Assembly: GCF_023055435.1 (NCBI RefSeq) | Contig: NW_025964361.1 | Coordinates: 6,510,001 to 6,574,000 of the forward strand | Direction: 5' to 3' | From: Haliotis rufescens | Taxonomy: Eukaryota | Length of the DNA stretch: 64,000 nt | Shown here: piece by piece, positions 54,301 to 64,000 of the stretch | Layout: each line of letters opens with the position of its first letter | How positions within the stretch are numbered: position 1 is the stretch's first letter | Program-made: the position numbers and the translations under genes | The notes under the pieces: generated by a model | What the model was told of the DNA's origin: nothing | Databases searched by the model: none | The model's input: the letters and a program-made list of their open reading frames with translations, nothing else

Positions 54301-56294
54301 CTTGGAAGAAGACACACTTGGAATGATACAGCAGTGAGCGAAACGTAGAGGTCAGCGGAGCAAAAGCGATCGTTTTTCTGTTGAAAACAGAAGGGACGTC
54401 GATAACGGCAACGGTAACTACGTTACGGAGTTCGATGAGTCAGAACGAGGCTCATCGCCAGCTTCCGGCGTGGTAAAGCCTAATGGCATTGCCAAGGGTG
54501 AAAACTGCCGGGTTTATTTCGTCTGAACACCGGTATTAAGTTGTATCTTACAACTGAAACGTTGCCTACATCAGTTCAGAGTTTGAAAAAATTGTGCAGG
54601 TGAAACTGGGTGTTTTTTGTGCCTCCATTACCCGAAACAGGGTGAATTTTGTTCACTATGAGATGGACATTAACCTTAAACGTTTGCTATGCCGAATAGC
54701 GATACCATATAACGACCCTCTATTATACTAGCCTTCACAATACCTTTTACATTCGACAAACTGACACGGGCTAGCAGGCTAGTAAGAATGCACATCTCTG
54801 ATAATCCAAGTGGGATTTGGGAATTATTCCCAAGCCTACAGGGATAAAATAAAAGTTCAATGGTACTGGTATTTTCCAACGTGTGCAGCGACAGTTCTTA
54901 TTTGGTTTGATTTCTAATCTGGAAACACGACGACCACAGAAAATAGCTAATAGGAGAGAAAGATAAATGACAAGCATATTGGTTTTTACTACACTAGGCC
55001 TGAGGGGCCGACCATTTCATGTTCCTTTGGAAGGGGGAGTGGGCGACGTTGGATTTTGTATGGAGACTAGATATTTTGCAGCTACAAATGCAAAATCAGT
55101 TAATATAAACTATGAGCCTAAATAAAACATTTTTCAAAAACCCACCTTGCAACAACGTATTTTTGGTGGCCGACATGTTCTTTTTGTCCAACAGATGGAA
55201 GCATATTTAGTTTTCAATCAACTTTGGAGACAATATATTTTTTTCTGAAAAAATCCTAGCCACCCACACACTCACAGTCAGAGAAATCCTATTGACCGTC
55301 CCATTTTGAAAACCTTGATGTGGACGTACAGGGGTAGAATTCAGACCCCTTGTATCATTTAGGTATTTTTGTAGAATGCCAGATACGAATATTACGTCAT
55401 ATATATATATATATTAATCTACTCTTGCATACAAGTGGGTGTCAATATAGGCTTTCTACTTGCGCCTGGCCTCGGCCTATGTATAAAAGCATGCCCTCTG
55501 CAATTTCTGAAGACCACGGGCCAAAAGACCAGCAGTGAGGTGATGAGACGAGTGGAATCCAATATTGACTGAGGCGAAGGGAGATCACTCTCAATCCCTT
55601 GTCCGACTACTGCTATTAGTTGGGTGAAGTGCTCGTAATATATCCCATGTGGCGACACTTGTGTTTTAGAGAAGAAAGGCAATTCTCGATTCGCACTCCT
55701 TTATAAAGGAAGCCACAATTATTGTTACATTAGAAACGATTAGCTATTATATTGGAATATAAAATTTATTCCAGATAACAAAGTATCAGAGAGCTGTCCT
55801 CGGAGAATATCCCGTGTCACAATTGTCGCCACATAAACATTTAGAAGTGTCTGATCTTAAGGTAACCCCACCTATTTAGAAATCTTCTGCTAAGTGCAGA
55901 TCATGAAATTGGGACACAGCAGCACAGCAGTATAGAGGCAGCATTCATTTTTTAACAATATCCATATGAATTTATGTCTCATGTTCGGAAATCTTGGGAT
56001 TTGGCCAATATTGCGATGCTGCTGTCGCCCATATATTATTAGCTGTAAGGAAGAAACACTGTAGAGAAAACAGACGACTTGTGTATACATTACAGAAACA
56101 TTTATTCAGATGACCGAAAGTCGAAAGTAATATGCCTCAAGGGAGATCCAAAAACGGGCCAAAATTGTATAGAAAGTATGGTCTTGTGCCATGCTAATAA
56201 GCCAAGAGGTTTGCCGAAAGGAAGCTGAAAGTTGGGCCAAAACTGTGAGCCTAAAAATACGCCAAAAATACGCTAAGAGCGGGTATATGGAATG

Positions 56295-56368
<74 letters not shown>

Positions 56369-56861
56369 TGTATGCTCGTTCATTCACTCTAACCCTCACC
56401 TCTAACATGCATCCACTCTCCCTCTCACACATACAAACATACATACACACATTATTATACATACATGCTCATTCACTCTCTCACACTCACACACAAATAC
56501 ACACACACACATGCATACAGACAGACAGACAGACATGCCGATTCAATCTTTCATTTACTCTCACACACGCACACAATACACACACACACACAAACACACA
56601 AACATACATATTCATTCAGTCTCTCTTTCTCACACACTTATACATACACACACATGCATGTTCATTCAAACTTATATTNNNNNNNNNNNNNNNNNNNNNN
56701 NNNNNNNNNNNNNNNNNNNNNNNNNNNNNNNNNNNNNNNNNNNNNNNNNNNNNNNNNNNNNNNNNNNNNNNNNNNNNNNNNNNNNNNNNNNNNNNNNNNN
56801 NNNNNNNNNNNNNNNNNNNNNNNTCACTTGCACACATTCAGACATTAAAAGGATAAGGAGT

Positions 56862-57846
56862 CTAAGAGAAGATCTTCCTAAAGAAGGCAGCCGCTCTCGT
56901 CAGCGCCTTTCTAAGGGGATGAATCTCTCTGTCATCCACAAAGCTGTGGTCGTCCTCGTCCTCGTACACCCAGTAGTCACTGTCATCGTCGTCACTTGGG
57001 GCAGGATAGTAAGCGGCGTGGTTGATGGTGACGGGGGCGGGGAGCGTCTCACCGTAGACAGGGCGGGCCCAGAACGGAGTGAAAACGCTCAGGGGGTCGG
57101 GACAACGGGAAGGGGACACAGCCAGGGAACGCTACACATCGAGGGGTGGAGGGAGGGACAAAGGAAGTCAAGTGAGACAGAAATACGGGATACTTTTGCA
57201 AAGAAAACGAATCACACTTTATTATAGGGACTGGGCAGACTTAATGTGCAACAAATCAGCTATACTAGACGGAAGAATTTATAGGGTGGGCATGTAAAAC
57301 TACATACACAGTCGGACTCCTCATCCTGAGACGGCCACAAACTCACAGCCGCAGGAGTGCCATAATAGCGAATTATGTCCTCCCGAGCTGAAAAAGAAAA
57401 ACGAAAGCTAGCCTCAGTTAAATGTACGCCGACGGCTACGTTCAAAAAATCACAATTCATGACTTCTGACAGCTACAGTATGCCACTCGACCTCGGCCCT
57501 TTGACACCTCGAAGTCCAAGTGTATGTAGGGTTACGGGCTGTACTGCAAGACAACATTTAACCAATAAAATGGGCCAAACAGCTGCCTTTCACGGAATAC
57601 GGGTTATCTTACATCTGTACAACATCGCCCGACACTATAATGTACGAACAGGTTTCATCTGAGAACCACATGTCAAGTTTACAATCTAACATTTTCAGTT
57701 ATGACAATTGCAAATGGCGGCCGCCATCTTCAGTCCCGATAATGCTGCCTAACAACGACCAATTTCACGTCTAATTTAGCATGTTAATACTGTTAAGTGG
57801 AATAATTGTGATCTTAAATACCTTGAATGTGAAGCCTTGTATTCAT
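56862..57846 (-). CDS. Orphan 3-exon gene, copy 16
   Basis: Same exon structure; frame intact. Confidence 0.85.
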
Positions 57847-59848
57847 CTTGGAAGAAGACACACTTGGAATGATACAGCAGTGAGCGAAACGTAGAGGTCA
57901 GCGGAGCAAAAGCGATCGTTTTTCTGTTGAAAACAGAAGGGACGTCGATAACGGCAACGGTAACTACGTTACGGAGTTCGATGAGTCAGAACGAGGCTCA
58001 TCGCCAGCTTCCGGCGTGGTAAAGCCTAATGGCATTGCCAAGGGTGAAAACTGCCGGGTTTATTTCGTCTGAACACCGGTATTAAGTTGTATCTTACAAC
58101 TGAAACGTTGCCTACATCAGTTCAGAGTTTGAAAAAATTGTGCAGGTGAAACTGGGTGTTTTTTGTGCCTCCATTACCCGAAACAGGGTGAATTTTGTTC
58201 ACTATGAGATGGACATTAACCTTAAACGTTTGCTATGCCGAATAGCGATACCATATAACGACCCTCTATTATACTAGCCTTCACAATACCTTTTACATTC
58301 GACAAACTGACACGGGCTAGCAGGCTAGTAAGAATGCACATCTCTGATAATCCAAGTGGGATTTGGGAATTATTCCCAAGCCTACAGGGATAAAATAAAA
58401 GTTCAATGGTACTGGTATTTTCCAACGTGTGCAGCGACAGTTCTTATTTGGTTTGATTTCTAATCTGGAAACACGACGACCACAGAAAATAGCTAATAGG
58501 AGAGAAAGATAAATGACAAGCATATTGGTTTTTACTACACTAGGCCTGAGGGGCCGACCATTTCATGTTCCTTTGGAAGGGGGAGTGGGCGACGTTGGAT
58601 TTTGTATGGAGACTAGATATTTTGCAGCTACAAATGCAAAATCAGTTAATATAAACTATGAGCCTAAATAAAACATTTTTCAAAAACCCACCTTGCAACA
58701 ACGTATTTTTGGTGGCCGACATGTTCTTTTTGTCCAACAGACGGAAGCATGTTTAGTTTTCAATCAACTTTGGAGACAATATATTTTTTTCTGAAAAAAT
58801 CCTAGCCACCCACACACTCACAGTCAGAGAAATCCTATTGACCGTCCCATTTTGAAAACCTTGATGTGGACGTACAGGGGTAGAATTCAGACCCCTTGTA
58901 TCATTTAGGTATTTTTGTAGAATGCCAGATACGAATATTACGTCATATATATATATATATTAATCTACTCTTGCATACAAGTGGGTGTCAATATAGGCTA
59001 TCTACTTGCGCCTGGCCTCGGCCTATGTATAAAAGCATGCCCTCTGCAATTTCTGAAGACCACGGGCCAAAAGACCAGCAGTGAGGTGATGAGACGAGTG
59101 GAATCCAATATTGACTGAGGCGAAGGGAGATCACTCTCAATCCCTTGTCCGACTACTGCTATTAGTTGGGTGAAGTGCTCGTAATATATCCCATGTGGCG
59201 ACACATGTGTTTTAGAGAAGAAAGGCAATTCTCGATTCGCACTCCTTTATAAAGGAAGCCACAAATATTGTTACATTAGAAACGATTAGCTATTATATTG
59301 GAATATAAAATTTATTCCAGATAACAAAGTATCAGAGAGCTGTCCTCGGAGAATATCCCGTGTCACAATTGTCGCCACATAAACATTTAGAAGTGTCTGA
59401 TCTTAAGGTAACCCCACCTATTTAGAAATCTTCTGCTAAGTGCAGATCATGAAATTGGGACACAGCAGCACAGCAGCACAGCAATATAGAGGCAGCATTC
59501 ACTTTTTAACAATATCCATATGAATTTATGTCTCATGTTCGGAAATCTTGGGATTTGGCCAATATTGCGATGCTGCTGTCGCCCATATATTATTAGCTGT
59601 AAGGAAGAAACACTGTAGAGAAAACAGACGACTTGTGTATACATTACAGAAACATTTATTCAGATGACCGAAAGTCGAAAGTAATATGCCTCAAGGGAGA
59701 TCCAAAAACGGGCCAAAATTGTATAGAAAGTATGGTCTTGTGCCATGCTAATAAGCCAAGAGGTTTGCCGAAAGGAAGCTGAAAGTTGGGCCAAAACTGT
59801 GAGCCTAAAAATACGCCAAAAATACGCTAAGAGCGGGTATATGGAATG

Positions 59849-59915
<67 letters not shown>

Positions 59916-60385
59916 CTGTATGCTCGTTCATTCACTCTAACCCTCACCTCTAACATGCATCCACTCTCCCTCTCACACATACAAACATACATACACACAT
60001 TATTATACATACATGCTCATTCACTCTCTCACACTCACACACAAATACACACACATACATGCATACAGACAGACAGACAGACATGCCGATTCAATCTTTC
60101 ATTTACTCTCACACACGCACACAATACACACACACACACACACACACAAACATACATATTCATTCAGTCTCTCTTTCTCACACACTTATACATACACACA
60201 CATGCATGTTCATTCAAACTTATATTTACTCTCACACAAACGCACACATACATACATACATACATACATACATACATACATACATACATACATACATACA
60301 TACATACATACATACATACATACATACACACCTGCTCATTCATTCACTCACTTGCACACATTCAGACATTAAAAGGATAAGGAGT

Positions 60386-61370
60386 CTAAGAGAAGATCTT
60401 CCTAAAGAAGGCAGCCGCTCTCGTCAGCGCCTTTCTAAGGGGATGAATCTCTCTGTCATCCACAAAGCTGTGGTCGTCCTCGTCCTCGTACACCCAGTAG
60501 TCACTGTCATCGTCGTCACTTGGGGCAGGATAGTAAGCGGCGTGGTTGATGGTGACGGGGGCGGGGAGCGTCTCACCGTAGACAGGGCGGGCCCAGAACG
60601 GAGTGAAAACGCTCAGGGGGTCGGGACAACGGGAAGGGGACACAGCCAGGGAACGCTACACATCGAGGGGTGGAGGGAGGGACAAAGGAAGTCAAGTGAG
60701 ACAGAAATACGGGATACTTTTGCAAAGAAAACGAATCACACTTTATTATAGGGACTGGGCAGACTTAATGTGCAACAAATCAGCTATACTAGACGGAAGA
60801 ATTTATAGGGTGGGCATGTAAAACTACATACACAGTCGGACTCCTCATCCTGAGACGGCCACAAACTCACAGCCGCAGGAGTGCCATAATAGCGAATTAT
60901 GTCCTCCCGAGCTGAAAAAGAAAAACGAAAGCTAGCCTCAGTTAAATGTACGCCGACGGCTACGTTCAAAAAATCACAATTCATGACTTCTGACAGCTAC
61001 AGTATGCCACTCGACCTCGGCCCTTTGACACCTCGAAGTCCAAGTGTATGTAGGGTTACGGGCTGTACTGCAAGTCAACATTTAACCAATAAAATGGGCC
61101 AAACAGCTGCCTTTCACGGAATACGGGTTATCTTACATCTGTACAACATCGCCCGACACTATAATGTACGAACAGGTTTCATCTGAGAACCACATGTCAA
61201 GTTTACAATCTAACATTTTCAGTTATGACAATTGCAAATGGCGGCCGCCATCTTCAGTCCCGATAATGCTGCCTAACAACGACCAATTTCACGTCTAATT
61301 TAGCATGTTAATACTGTTAAGTGGAATAATTGTGATCTTAAATACCTTGAATGTGAAGCCTTGTATTCAT
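60386..61370 (-). CDS. Orphan 3-exon gene, copy 17
   Basis: Same exon structure; frame intact. Confidence 0.85.
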
Positions 61371-63365
61371 CTTGGAAGAAGACACACTTGGAATGATACA
61401 GCAGTGAGCGAAACGTAGAGGTCAGCGGAGCAAAAGCGATCGTTTTTCTGTTGAAAACAGAAGGGACGTCGATAACGGCAACGGTAACTACGTTACGGAG
61501 TTCGATGAGTCAGAACGAGGCTCATCGCCAGCTTCCGGCGTGGTAAAGCCTAATGGCATTGCCAAGGGTGAAAACTGCCGGGTTTATTTCGTCTGAACAC
61601 CGGTATTAAGTTGTATCTTACAACTGAAACGTTGCCTACATCAGTTCAGAGTTTGAAAAAATTGTGCAGGTGAAACTGGGTGTTTTTCGTGCCTCCATTA
61701 CCCGAAACAGGGTTAATTTTGTTCACTATGAGATGGACATTAACCTTAAACGTTTGCTATGCCGAATAGCGATACCACATAACGACCCTCTATTATACTA
61801 GCCTTCACAATACCTTTTACATTCGACAAACTGACACGGGCTAGCAGACTAGTAAGAATGCACATCTCTGATAATCCAAGTGGGATTTGGGAATTATTCC
61901 CAAGCCTACAGGGATAAAATAAAAGTTCAATGGTACTGGTATTTTCCAACGTGTGCAGCGACAGTTCTTATTTGGTTTGATTTCTAATCTGGAAACACGA
62001 CGACCACAGAAAATAGCTAATAGGAGAGAAAGATAAATGACAAGCATATTGGTTTTTACTACACTAGGCCTGAGGGGCCGACCATTTCATGTTCCTTTGG
62101 AAGGGGGAGTGGGCGACGTTGGATAAGTATGGAGACTAGATATTTTGCAGCTACAAATGCAAAATCAGTTAATATAAACTATGAGCCTAAATAAAACATT
62201 TTTCAAAAACCCACCTTGCAACAACGTATTTTTGGTGGCCGACATGTTCTTTTTGTCCAACAGATGGAAGCATATTTAGTTTTCAATCAACTTTGGAGAC
62301 AATATATTTTTTTCTGAAAAAATCCTAGCCACCCACACACTCACAGTCAGAGAAATCCTATTGACCGTCCCATTTTGAAAACCTTGATGTGGACGTACAG
62401 GGGTAGAATTCAGACCCCTTGTATCATTTAGGTATTTTTGTAGAATGCCAGATACGAATATTACGTCATATATATATATATATATTAATCTACTCTTGCA
62501 TACAAGTGGGTGTCAATATAGGCTATCTACTTGCGCCTGGCTTCGGCCTATGTATAAAAGCATGCCCTCTGCAATTTCTGAAGACCACGGGCCAAAAGAC
62601 CAGCAGTGAGGTGATGAGACGAGTGGAATCCAATATTGACTGAGGCGAAGGGAGATCACTCTCAATCCCTTGTCCGACTACTGCTATTAGTTGGGTGAAG
62701 TGCTCGTAATATATCCCATGTGGCGACACTTGTGTTTTAGAGAAGAAAGGCAATTCTCGATTCGCACTCCTTTATAAAGGAAGCCACAATTATTGTTACA
62801 TTAGAAACGATTAGCTATTATATTGGAATATAAAATTTATTCCAGATAACAAAGTATCAGAGAGCTGTCCTCGGAGAATATCCCGTGTCACAATTGTCGC
62901 CACATAAACATTTAGAAGTGTCTGATCTTAAGGTAACCCCACCTATTTAGAAATCTTCTGCTAAGTGCAGATCATGAAATTGGGACACAGCAGCACAGCA
63001 ATATAGAGGCAGCATTCACTTTTTAACAATATCCATATGAATTTATGTCTCATGTTCGGAAATCTTGGGATTTGGCCAATATTGCGATGCTGCTGTCGCC
63101 CATATATTATTAGCTGTAAGGAAGAAACACTGTAGAGAAAACAGACGACTTGTGTATACATTACAGAAACATTTATTCAGATGACCGAAAGTCGAAAGTA
63201 ATATGCCTCAAGGGAGATCCAAAAACGGGCCAAAATTGTATAGAAAGTATGGTCTTGTGCCATGCTAATAAGCCAAGAGGTTTGCCGAAAGGAAACTGAA
63301 AGTTGGGCCAAAACTGTGAGCCTAAAAATACGCCAAAAATACGCTAAGAGCGGGTATATGGAATG

Positions 63366-63420
<55 letters not shown>

Positions 63421-63895
63421 CATGTATGCTCGTTCATTCACTCTAACCCTCACCTCTAACATGCATCCACTCTCCCTCTCACACATACAAACATACATAC
63501 ACACATTATTATACATACATGCTCATTCACTCTCTCACACTCACACACAAATACACACACACACATGCATACAGACAGACAGACAGACATGCCGATTCAA
63601 TCTTTCATTTACTCTCACACACGCACACAATACACACACACACACACACACACAAACATACATATTCATTCAGTCTCTCTTTCTCACACACTTATACATA
63701 CACACACATGCATGTTCATTCAAACTTATATTTACTCTCACACAAACGCACACATACATACATACATACATACATACATACATACATACATACATACATA
63801 CATACATACATACATACATACATACATACATACATACACACCTGCTCATTCATTCACTCACTTGCACACATTCAGACATTAAAAGGATAAGGAGT

Positions 63896-64000
63896 CTAAG
63901 AGAAGATCTTCCTAAAGAAGGCAGCCGCTCTCGTCAGCGCCTTTCTAAGGGGATGAATCTCTCTGTCATCCACAAAGCTGTGGTCGTCCTCGTCCTCGTA
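63896..64000 (-). CDS. Orphan gene, copy 18, 3' end of exon 3 only (cut by window edge)
   Basis: Encodes YEDEDDHSFVDDREIHPLRKALTRAAAFFRKIFS*; stop at 63898-63896. Confidence 0.8.
   Translation of the reverse strand, partial: YEDEDDHSFVDDREIHPLRKALTRAAAFFRKIFS

Larger units (their letters stand above)
1..64000. repeat. Head-to-tail tandem array (coding macrosatellite) of a ~3.5-kb unit; 17 full units + partial 18th
   Basis: Unit anchor TGGGTGTCAATATAGG (TAGGTG... variant at 41391) recurs at about 1, 3541, 7037, 10592, 14178, 17739, 21293, 26771, 30502, 34237, 37981, 41391, 44893, 48446, 51938, 55436, 58982, 62507. The same ORF set repeats with this period. Unit lengths are 3.41-3.74 kb, and 5.48 kb for the unit with the insertion. 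Confidence 0.99.

Overview
Eukaryotic (animal-like, probably marine invertebrate; inference) DNA. The whole 64 kb is one head-to-tail tandem array of a ~3.5-kb unit: 17 complete units plus a partial 18th, open at both window edges, near-identical outside microsatellites. The ORF track hides the main content. Each unit carries a 3-exon spliced gene on the minus strand (copy 1 coding exons 2345-2321, 1886-1846, 1630-1361; GT-AG introns of 434 and 215 nt with matching phases). It encodes an unrecognised 111-aa protein with a Pro-rich middle, an acidic/aromatic tract and a C-terminal basic amphipathic helix. A CpG-rich candidate promoter, a YY1-type palindrome in intron 1, a microsatellite-filled 3'UTR and an AATAAA/GU-rich poly(A) signal complete the unit. 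All 17 complete copies keep the frame and splice sites. One unit holds a 1,928-bp solo-LTR-like insertion (TG...CA, 4-bp ATAC TSD). The array also records recent unit duplications, patchwork exchange and an inverted templated insertion. No rRNA, tRNA, snRNA, histone or CRISPR features were recognised.
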